From a virus (Duplodnaviria > Caudoviricetes): DNA of 26,682 nucleotides. Each line of letters opens with the position of its first letter. Positions within the stretch are counted from its first letter, which is position 1. A program made the position numbers and the translations under genes. Shown piece by piece: positions 1 through 6,867 of the stretch. The stretch spans positions 1 through 26,682 of IMG/VR virus record IMGVR_UViG_3300045557_000057, one strand, 5' to 3'. The notes beneath the pieces are model-generated. The model was not told the DNA's origin, did no database searches, and saw nothing but the letters and a program-made list of their open reading frames with translations.

Positions 1-1008
1 ATGAAAGAGAGGATTATCAATGAAATCTTAATGCAGATGGAACCACATATAAACACGGAAACACTGAGGATACTGGAAACGGTAATAATTAAGGCTCTGT
101 ATTATGTGGAAGTTCAGAAGAAAGAAACGGAGTTATCTACGGAAATGGACGATAATCTATACTTATTGGATTTGTATGAGATGCATGTCACAAAAGATGG
201 GTTAAGTGAAAAGACTGTCAGGGTGTACCTTGGAGCCATGCGCAACATGCTCTGCGTGACTGACAAGAACATTCGCCATATCACGGCGGTGGATATCAAG
301 TATTACCTGGACATGTATGCCAGCAAGGGTAATTCAGTCAGGACCGTAAACAACGAGAGACGCTTCCTCTCAGCAGTATTCACATGGTTCCGTAAGCATG
401 GGGTTATCAGTACAAACCCGGTTGAAGCTGTACCAGTTAAGAAAGAACGTAAACCGCCTATTGATTACCTTAAGGGCGTGGAGATTGAACGGTTGAGAGT
501 GGCATGTACAAATCCAAGAGAGCGGGCCTTGATGGAGTTCTTACTCAGCACTGGTGTAAGAATCGGAGAGGTTCCGCAGCTGCGCAAACAGGATATTGAT
601 TGGAGTACCGGAGAGATCGTGATATATGCACATAAGACCTCAGATTACCGGACCGTCTATTTAAATGATGTTGCAAAGGTCCACCTGGAAAAGTATCTGG
701 CCTCCAGGAGTGACAACAGCGATGCATTGTTTGCACGGGTAAGGGCTCCACACAATGCGGTCAATGAGGACGGGTTAAGGTTGGTTATTAAGCAGATAGG
801 AGAAAAGGCCGGGCTTAAGCGCCGGGTATATCCTCACCTCTTCCGCAAGACCATGGCAACCACACTTAGAATCAAAGATTGTGCCATTGAGGATATTCAG
901 CAGATACTTGGGCACAAGGACGCATCAACAACACTTGGATTCTATGCAGCTGCCAACGGGGAACATTTAAGGCAGGTACATAACAGATATATGAGCATTG
1001 GAGCATAA
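1..1008 (+). CDS. XerC/XerD-like tyrosine recombinase with N-terminal SAM-like domain
   Basis: Catalytic motifs STGVRIGE (R), HK (K), YPHLFRKT (HxxR), ILGH (H) and TTLGFY (Y). It lies among accessory genes rather than at a visible att boundary. Confidence 0.92.
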   Translation: MKERIINEILMQMEPHINTETLRILETVIIKALYYVEVQKKETELSTEMDDNLYLLDLYEMHVTKDGLSEKTVRVYLGAMRNMLCVTDKNIRHITAVDIKYYLDMYASKGNSVRTVNNERRFLSAVFTWFRKHGVISTNPVEAVPVKKERKPPIDYLKGVEIERLRVACTNPRERALMEFLLSTGVRIGEVPQLRKQDIDWSTGEIVIYAHKTSDYRTVYLNDVAKVHLEKYLASRSDNSDALFARVRAPHNAVNEDGLRLVIKQIGEKAGLKRRVYPHLFRKTMATTLRIKDCAIEDIQQILGHKDASTTLGFYAAANGEHLRQVHNRYMSIGA

Positions 1009-1024
1009 AAGAAAGGGTAATAAC

Positions 1025-1234
1025 ATGAAGAATAAATTTAAGAAAGCAGCAATCATCCTAATTAAGCTATATGCATTGTACGTCTTTACCATAGCTACCA
1101 TGTTGGCAATGATGATAGGCATAGCAAAGCCGGTCCTTGGAGTGGGAGGCGTGGTTGTGGCAGCGATTGTATTAACAGCACTGAGCAGTGGAGGAGGAGC
1201 AGATGACAGCGGCAGAAATGAAGATGGAACATGA
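1025..1234 (+). CDS. small hypothetical membrane protein
   Basis: ATG at 1025 after AAAGGG, basic N-terminus, two hydrophobic segments. Confidence 0.55.
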   Translation: MKNKFKKAAIILIKLYALYVFTIATMLAMMIGIAKPVLGVGGVVVAAIVLTALSSGGGADDSGRNEDGT

Positions 1235-1448
1235 TCGGGAGTATTTCAGTATGCGGGCTGCAGAAGCAGAACGGGCCGAGAACCAGATAAACCAGATCCG
1301 GGCAGCGATAGCAATACATAAACAAAATCACAGTGACACCATGGTAATGACACATGACCAGAAGAAAAAGGCGGAAGAACAGTGTGCATGGAAGGCCTTG
1401 GATAATATCGAAAAGGAAATTGAGGCTATTATAGGACAGGAGGGATAA
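1203..1448 (+). CDS. hypothetical phage protein
   Basis: GGAGGAG RBS before ATG 1203; helical composition; packed in the operon. Confidence 0.7.
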   Translation: MTAAEMKMEHDREYFSMRAAEAERAENQINQIRAAIAIHKQNHSDTMVMTHDQKKKAEEQCAWKALDNIEKEIEAIIGQEG

Positions 1449-1450
1449 TA

Positions 1451-1708
1451 TTGGCGAAAGCAAAGATATATACCGTTTATGATAATGGAGAGCGTATAGG
1501 AGCCTGGACGGCCCAGGTTGCTAATTTAATATTAGGGATATCCGATGGAGACATTATGAATTGTGCAAGAAGTGAAATGTGGTACAAGGGAAGATATCAT
1601 TTTGTACCGGAAGCTGATAAATCTAATACCGGTATGATCAAGAAGAAACTGGCAGACGATTGGGACTTTACGGTTAAGGCATTACCGCTGATGTGTGGGA
1701 GGCGATAA
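1451..1708 (+). CDS. hypothetical phage protein
   Basis: AGGAGG RBS before the TTG start; tightly packed between its neighbours. Confidence 0.7.
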   Translation: MAKAKIYTVYDNGERIGAWTAQVANLILGISDGDIMNCARSEMWYKGRYHFVPEADKSNTGMIKKKLADDWDFTVKALPLMCGRR

Positions 1709-1710
1709 GG

Positions 1711-2124
1711 TTGGATATTAAAATAACCAGGAAATTACTGAAGGATTATAAAAAAACATTGAGGGAAATCCCGATTCTAGAATATGAACTGAATGAAATG
1801 CAAACTACTGATGCCGGGATCGGTAACAGTACCATCTATGATTATCGTGACGGCTATGCTAAGCCTCAAAGCGTTATAGGGTTTGATTGGCCGCGGTATG
1901 AAAAAAGGAAAAAAGTATTAGATCGAAAAAAAGAAGAAGTAAAAGCTGCGAAGAAATGGATTGAATCAATTGAAGATGGACAGACAAGATGCATATTCCG
2001 AATGAGGTATATAGACGGGATGGAATGGGTAAAAATAGCAGTTCAGACAGGATACGGAGGGAGCCACGACTATCCACGGAAATGCATTCGCGATGCTTAT
2101 TTAAAAGAAATGGGCATCAGATAA
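1711..2124 (+). CDS. ArpU/RinA-like late transcriptional activator
   Basis: C-terminal sigma-region-4-like segment IEDGQTRCIFRMRYIDGMEWVKIA; last gene before the packaging module; GGAGG before TTG 1711. Confidence 0.75.
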   Translation: MDIKITRKLLKDYKKTLREIPILEYELNEMQTTDAGIGNSTIYDYRDGYAKPQSVIGFDWPRYEKRKKVLDRKKEEVKAAKKWIESIEDGQTRCIFRMRYIDGMEWVKIAVQTGYGGSHDYPRKCIRDAYLKEMGIR

Positions 2125-2130
2125 AGATTT

Positions 2131-2161
2131 TCCGTTCTATCCGTTCTATCCGTAATAGAAT
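2131..2161 (+). promoter_or_regulatory. putative activator-dependent late promoter: TCCGTTCTA x2.5 tandem repeat followed by a -10 TAGAAT
   Basis: Repeats at 2131-2139, 2140-2148 and 2149-2153; TAGAAT at 2156-2161; no consensus -35; directly downstream of the activator gene. Confidence 0.6.
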
Positions 2162-2293
2162 AATAGTAGGTCAAAAGGCAAAGCCGAAAGACCTCACCCA
2201 AAAGGTGTGAATAGAAGTGTACACTGCTTTCATGCTATACTGTAAATGGAACAAGTGAATCATAAACCCCCTTATGTTCACTAGGTATCATGG

Positions 2294-2442
2294 AGTCCGA
2301 CTAGTCTTGACGGACTATAATATCAAAGGCGCACCTGGCAATGCGGTGCTAAAAGATTGCTAGTCTGATCTAACCTTTCCAGACTATAAACTGAACTCTA
2401 AGGCCAGTCTGACTTTACCTTACCAGACTATAAACAATAAGG
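2294..2442 (+). repeat. three imperfect repeats AGTCYG-N11/12-CRGACTATAA...AAGGC (predicted H-type pseudoknots)
   Basis: Units start at 2294, 2362 and 2406. The stem shows a compensatory change (AGTCCG/CGGACT vs AGTCTG/CAGACT). Loops are complementary to the downstream AAGG. Confidence 0.75.
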
Positions 2443-2464
2443 CGTGCCGGTGAATCCGGCATAT

Positions 2465-2538
2465 CGGCGCATAGTTCAGCGGCAGAACAACAGTAATCCC
2501 CCTGACTGGAAACCCTGGTTCAAGCCCAGGTGCGCGGA
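2465..2538 (+). ncRNA. tRNA-like element 1 (aberrant anticodon arm)
   Basis: Acceptor CGGCGCA/TGCGCGG (one G.G mismatch), TA, D arm GTTC-AGCGGCA-GAAC, T arm CCTGG-TTCAAGC-CCAGG. Anticodon arm is CAGT/ACTG with a 10-nt loop AATCCCCCTG. No encoded CCA. Confidence 0.75.
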
Positions 2539-2597
2539 TTAAAAGGCTGGGTTCCCGAACGGGAGTAGGTCGTAAGACGTAGAAATCCTTTGCCTTT

Positions 2598-2685
2598 GGC
2601 TCCTGATGGCTTGCTGGCGTAAGCTAACGCATAATAACTATAGATAAAAGCGTATCAGGGCTCGGTTCGATTCCGAGAGGGGCCA
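2598..2685 (+). ncRNA. tRNA-like element 2 (expanded anticodon loop)
   Basis: Acceptor GGCTCCT/AGGGGCC plus A, D-like arm GCTT-GCTGGCGT-AAGC, T arm CTCGG-TTCGATT-CCGAG. The ACGC/GCGT stem closes a 19-nt A-rich loop. Confidence 0.72.
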
Positions 2686-2719
2686 TGCCGAGAAAGAAAA
2701 ATAACTACACAAGTAGTGA

Positions 2720-2777
2720 CGGAACGTAGCCATTAGACGGCAGTATGTAAATTCGGGTTCGCAATCCGGCGTTCCGA
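2720..2777 (+). ncRNA. tRNA-like element 3 (anticodon arm absent)
   Basis: Perfect acceptor CGGAACG/CGTTCCG plus A, TA, D arm GCC-ATTAGAC-GGC, T arm TCGGG-TTCGCAA-TCCGG. Only 11 nt lie between the D and T arms. Confidence 0.72.
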
Positions 2778-2803
2778 TTCAGCTTCATCATAATATACCT
2801 CCT

Positions 2804-2849
2804 AAGGAAGCGCCTGTCATGGTTATGCTGTGATGGGTGTTTCCTTTTT
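2804..2849 (+). terminator. intrinsic terminator closing the ncRNA leader
   Basis: Long G.U-rich stem AAGGAAGCGCCTGTCATGG..CTGTGATGGGTGTTTCCTT followed by a T run. Confidence 0.75.
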
Positions 2850-2894
2850 GGCAATTTTGGCGTATGATAGAAGAAAAGCAAAGGTGAGAAACTT

Positions 2895-2972
2895 ATGTAT
2901 GTTTTAGGTTTTCTTTGTTACTTTGCACCTATAGCGGTAATTATCATAATTTTAGCGATAATCAATAGCTAA
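2895..2972 (+). CDS. 25-aa hydrophobic peptide MYVLGFLCYFAPIAVIIIILAIINS (not in ORF track)
   Basis: AAGGTGAG RBS, TATGAT -10-like box at 2863-2868, and its own terminator immediately after the stop. Confidence 0.55.
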   Translation: MYVLGFLCYFAPIAVIIIILAIINS

Positions 2973-2997
2973 GAGGCGGTCAACCCCGTCTCTTTTT
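2971..2997 (+). terminator. intrinsic terminator
   Basis: AAGAGGCGG-tcaacc-CCGTCTCTT followed by T run. Confidence 0.7.
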
Positions 2998-3026
2998 GAT
3001 ACAAAAACAATGAAAGGAACTTTGAT

Positions 3027-3236
3027 ATGCTAAGAGAATTACGGGCTTACATTAGGATAACATGGGCAGTGATTAGAGAATTGAATCTGGAAACGAAACT
3101 GATAAAGCACCGAAATAAAATGATAGACACATACCTGAGTGTTAACAAGGAATTCCCCGGAAGGCGGTTCACAATGGATAATGTGCAACATGAGTTTGGA
3201 CAGCTTGAATCCAGGATAAAGAACCGGTTCAATTAA
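3027..3236 (+). CDS. hypothetical phage protein
   Basis: GAAAGGA RBS; 69 aa; immediately upstream of terS. Confidence 0.6.
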   Translation: MLRELRAYIRITWAVIRELNLETKLIKHRNKMIDTYLSVNKEFPGRRFTMDNVQHEFGQLESRIKNRFN

Positions 3237-3270
3237 TAAAGCAAAAACAACACAAGTGAGGTGGTGAGGC

Positions 3271-4125
3271 TTGGCAAGAGCACCAGATGAGATTAAAGAG
3301 AAAGCCAGATTACTCTATGAGAGCGGTATAATGCTAAAAGATATAGCCAGCCGCTTAGATGTACCAGAAGGTACGGTACGGTCATGGAAGAATAGAGGGA
3401 AATGGAGTTGCAACGCAACGCAGGAAAAGGAATGCAACGTTGCAAAGAAAACGAAACGCAACAAGGTAAAGAGACAGGTCGTAGCGAAAGAAGTTGAGTC
3501 GGTAATGAGTAATGAGGACTTAACCGATAAGCAACGGCTTTTTTGTATTTATTATAGCAAGTCATTTAATGCAACAAAATCTTACCAGAAAGCATATGAC
3601 GTAAGCTACACGGCGGCGAATGTGGAAGGGTGCAAGCTCCTAGCAAATCCCAGTGTGAGAGAAGAAATCATGAAGCTAAAGGAAATGGCCTATTCCAAGG
3701 CTCTCCTGAGGCCGGAGGATATCTTTCGGAAGTATATGGACATAGCATTTTCCGATATCACAGACTATTTATCGTTCGGGCAGGAAGAGGTACCGGTTAT
3801 GGGAGCATTCGGACCTGTGATTGATAAAGAAACGGATAAGCCGATTACTAAAATCGTAAACATAGTTAAATTCAAAGATAGCTCAGAAGTTGACGGTTCT
3901 ATTATACGGGAAGTAAAACAAGGCAAGGACGGCGCAAGTATCAAACTGTCCGACCAATTAAAGGCCCTTGACTGGCTGACGGACCACATGGACATGGCAA
4001 CGGAGGAACAACGGGCCAGGATAGCGCAGATTAAGGCGCAGACGGATAGGCTAAATAAAGAAGCACCTGGAAAAGAAGATGATGGGGTGGAGATAATTAA
4101 TGATGCGCCAAAAGAAGCAGATTAA
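3271..4125 (+). CDS. terS: terminase small subunit
   Basis: N-terminal HTH (LKDIASRLDVPEGTVRSWKNRGKW), LTDKQRLFCIYY..NATKSYQKAY and IKLSDQLKALDWL motifs; precedes terL. Confidence 0.9.
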   Translation: MARAPDEIKEKARLLYESGIMLKDIASRLDVPEGTVRSWKNRGKWSCNATQEKECNVAKKTKRNKVKRQVVAKEVESVMSNEDLTDKQRLFCIYYSKSFNATKSYQKAYDVSYTAANVEGCKLLANPSVREEIMKLKEMAYSKALLRPEDIFRKYMDIAFSDITDYLSFGQEEVPVMGAFGPVIDKETDKPITKIVNIVKFKDSSEVDGSIIREVKQGKDGASIKLSDQLKALDWLTDHMDMATEEQRARIAQIKAQTDRLNKEAPGKEDDGVEIINDAPKEAD

Positions 4126-5455
4126 AATATCAGATATCATCATACCTAAGTACATGCCCCTATTCAACGATACAAAACATAAGCATATCATTCTTACTTC
4201 CGGGCGTGCGGGTACTAAATCAAGTTATGCAGGGGTAAAGTCAATTTATCAGACAGTATCAGATCCTGCTGGATCCGTGGTGGTCCTGCGAAAACGTCAC
4301 AATAAATTGAGGAAGACGGTTTACAAGGAAATGATACGGGGTATTAACCGCCTGCAGATAGATAAGAACTGCTTTGATATTGGCAAGTCTCCAATGGAGA
4401 TACGATATAAAAAGCACGGTACTGTTCTCTATTTTTCTGGCTCTGATGGAATCGATGATACAAAGGGTATTATAGACGAGGATAAGCCCATTAAGCTTGT
4501 TGTCCTAGACGAGTTGACAGAGTTCTTTGACGATGGTGAAGGAGAAGAAGAACTAGCCAATATAGAGGCAACCTTCGTAAGAGGAAATAAAGCAGGATTT
4601 CAGATGATCTATCTTTATAACCCTCCCAAGAATCCAAACGCACCAATTAACCTTTGGTGTAAGAAAATGGAGCAAAGGCCAGATTGCATACACATTCATA
4701 CTGATTACCGTGATGTGCCTGTGGATTGGCTTGGAGAAGACTTAATAGCCTCTGCTAAGATGATGGAACAATCGGATCCTAAGATGTACCGCTGGACATG
4801 GCTTGGGGAGCCTATAGGCGTTGATGAGCTGATTTACTACATGTATAGTGAGAAGAACCGGTATAAGCCAGAGAATGAGCGATATCGCATCATCGGAGTT
4901 GGAGTGGATTACGGTCAGCAAAATGCAACTACCTACCAGCCATTTGGATTAAACCTTGAAAAAAGAAAGCTGGAAGGCCTGATAGAATACTATCACTCTG
5001 GAAGAGAAACTGGGAAGCAAAAAAGCCCATCTATATACGCAAAGGACTTTATATCATTGACTGATGAGCTGCACGAGAAATATAAGTGCAGTATTTTTTA
5101 TGCCTATATTGACCCATCAGCCGGAGGACTTGCGGAAGAGATTCGAAGACAGGCAATGAATTGTGATTATCAGATCACTATCAAAAAAGCTGAAAATGAT
5201 GTGAAAGTCGGGATCCAGCGTGTACAGAAATGTATGTCCTATGGAATACTTACCGTTTCCCCAATGCAGCCAAAGTTAGACTGGGAGCTGGGATTGTATG
5301 AGTATGAGAAGAAGTCCATACAAAAAGGCAAGGAAGAACCAGTCAAGGAAAATGACCATGGGTGCGATGCCATGAGATATTGCATCATGGGCCTCTGGAC
5401 CAAAATAAAATATTTTATGCCAAGAGCAGAACAGGGAGAAGGTGAAGAAGATTAA
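4100..5455 (+). CDS. terL: PBSX-family terminase large subunit
   Basis: Walker A-like SGRAGTKS, Walker B VVLDE, YNPP coupling motif, nuclease motifs GVDYG, IDPSA and NDHGCDAMRY. Confidence 0.93.
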   Translation: MMRQKKQIKISDIIIPKYMPLFNDTKHKHIILTSGRAGTKSSYAGVKSIYQTVSDPAGSVVVLRKRHNKLRKTVYKEMIRGINRLQIDKNCFDIGKSPMEIRYKKHGTVLYFSGSDGIDDTKGIIDEDKPIKLVVLDELTEFFDDGEGEEELANIEATFVRGNKAGFQMIYLYNPPKNPNAPINLWCKKMEQRPDCIHIHTDYRDVPVDWLGEDLIASAKMMEQSDPKMYRWTWLGEPIGVDELIYYMYSEKNRYKPENERYRIIGVGVDYGQQNATTYQPFGLNLEKRKLEGLIEYYHSGRETGKQKSPSIYAKDFISLTDELHEKYKCSIFYAYIDPSAGGLAEEIRRQAMNCDYQITIKKAENDVKVGIQRVQKCMSYGILTVSPMQPKLDWELGLYEYEKKSIQKGKEEPVKENDHGCDAMRYCIMGLWTKIKYFMPRAEQGEGEED

Positions 5456-6857
5456 TATAATAACGTTTTTGCAGAAGAAAGATTATGACACGGTTCCAGG
5501 GGATCAGTACCGAGCGATTGGAGTCTGGAAAAGCTGGTATCAGGGAAACGTCAGAGGGTTCCATAGATATAAAATCTGCAATGGTGCTAATACCGTGAAA
5601 TGCGATCGCTTATCAGCAGGTATGGCAAAGATGCTGAGTGAGGATCTGGCAGACGATCTGATGAATGAGAAGGTTGGAATCACGATTGCTGATGAAGCAG
5701 AAAAGGAGTTCGTTGATGAGATCTTGAACCAAAATAACTGGCAGATTCAGTCAAATATCTATCAAGAACGGAAGTGTTATACCGGTACTGTGGCCTATGT
5801 CCCGTTTCTTGACAAAGTGGAGATTGATGAGGAAGGAAATGTCATACCGGGATCTGGCACTGTGAATATTAATTACTTTGATGGCGCGGACATTTATCCT
5901 CTCTCTTGGGTAAATGGAATCATAACAGAATGCGCTTTTGTTTCAGTCCATGTTATCAGAGGAAAAAGGTATGCTCATATCCAGATGCATGTGACAGAAG
6001 GTGAAGAATATGTTATTCAGAATTATGTGGTTGAATGCTCTTCTGGATCCGGCACTGAAATACCACCGGAAGGCTGGAAGAGGTTAAAACCTTTTGAAAA
6101 CATGACAGAGAAAGTTTATACCGGATCTAATAATCGGCAGTTTGTTATAGACCGGCTGAACAATACGAATAACATAGACCCTGATTGCCCTATGGGTGTT
6201 GCTTTATTTGCAAATGCAATAGATCAGCTTAAGGGGATAGACACTGTCTATGACTCTTATGTAAATGAGTTTGTACTTGGGAAAAAGCGTATTTTTGTTG
6301 CTCCTGAAATGCTTGCAAGAAATGCAGATGGCGATCCGGTATTTGATCCAAGCGATGTAACATTTTATCAGCTTCCGGAAGACTCTCTGAAAGAAAAACC
6401 TCTGGTAGAAGTGAACATGGATATCCGTGCGGAGGAGCATAGCAGAGCGATTAATGACTTCCTGAATATCCTTTCAGTGAAATGTGGATTTGGTACCCAG
6501 CATTACCGATTTGAAAGCGGCAGCATACAGACGGCTACTCAAGTTATCAGTGAAAATTCTGATATGTACAAAACCATAAAAAAGCATGAAATCATATTGG
6601 AATCTGCTATAAAGGAACTGGTATTCATCATTCTTCGTCTTGGTAATGTGCTTGGTAAGGGGCTTAATGACGAAACTGAGGTTCTTGTAGACTTTGATGA
6701 TTCTATTATTGAGGACAAAGGCACAGAACGCAAGGAAGATAGACAGGACGTTGCTATGGGAGCCATGAGATTAGAGGAATACCGCGCTAAATGGTATAAC
6801 GAGACCTTAAAAGAAGCAGCGGCGAGTTTGCCGGATCCCGTAGAAGTAGAAGAGTAG
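5442..6857 (+). CDS. portal protein (A118/SPP1-like)
   Basis: Follows terL; 471 aa; TATQVISENS and DFDDSII motifs typical of A118-type portals. Confidence 0.88.
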   Translation: MKKINIITFLQKKDYDTVPGDQYRAIGVWKSWYQGNVRGFHRYKICNGANTVKCDRLSAGMAKMLSEDLADDLMNEKVGITIADEAEKEFVDEILNQNNWQIQSNIYQERKCYTGTVAYVPFLDKVEIDEEGNVIPGSGTVNINYFDGADIYPLSWVNGIITECAFVSVHVIRGKRYAHIQMHVTEGEEYVIQNYVVECSSGSGTEIPPEGWKRLKPFENMTEKVYTGSNNRQFVIDRLNNTNNIDPDCPMGVALFANAIDQLKGIDTVYDSYVNEFVLGKKRIFVAPEMLARNADGDPVFDPSDVTFYQLPEDSLKEKPLVEVNMDIRAEEHSRAINDFLNILSVKCGFGTQHYRFESGSIQTATQVISENSDMYKTIKKHEIILESAIKELVFIILRLGNVLGKGLNDETEVLVDFDDSIIEDKGTERKEDRQDVAMGAMRLEEYRAKWYNETLKEAAASLPDPVEVEE

Positions 6858-6867
6858 GTGATGCTAA

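Larger units (their letters stand above)
2168..2850 (+). ncRNA. long structured non-coding leader (hairpins, pseudoknots, tRNA-like elements) ending at a terminator
   Basis: No long ORF. Near-continuous stems, e.g. AGGTC..GACCT 2168-2194, AGTGAA-CATAA..TTATG-TTCACT 2254-2282, pseudoknots 2294-2442, TGCCGG/CCGGCA 2445-2461 and three T-arm elements. Confidence 0.7.

Noticed and set aside
2168-2210. c-di-GMP-I riboswitch (GGCAAA..GAAAG resemblance)
   Set aside because: The downstream GACGCAAA junction and second stem are missing; a simple hairpin explains the sequence.
2294-2433. CRISPR mini-array
   Set aside because: Spacing is irregular (68 and 44 nt), variation lies inside the hairpin loop, there is no GAAA(C/G)-type repeat end, and no cas genes are present.
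2465-2538. Functional tRNA-Gly(CCC)
   Set aside because: It would need a bulged anticodon stem with a pyrimidine at position 37, and it has an acceptor mismatch; kept as tRNA-like only.
2542-2597. Hammerhead ribozyme
   Set aside because: The CUGANGA core is absent from the junction.
2294-2685. tmRNA
   Set aside because: The pseudoknots lie outside the acceptor stems, there is no G3.U70 pair, and no tag reading frame ending in a hydrophobic/AA tail.
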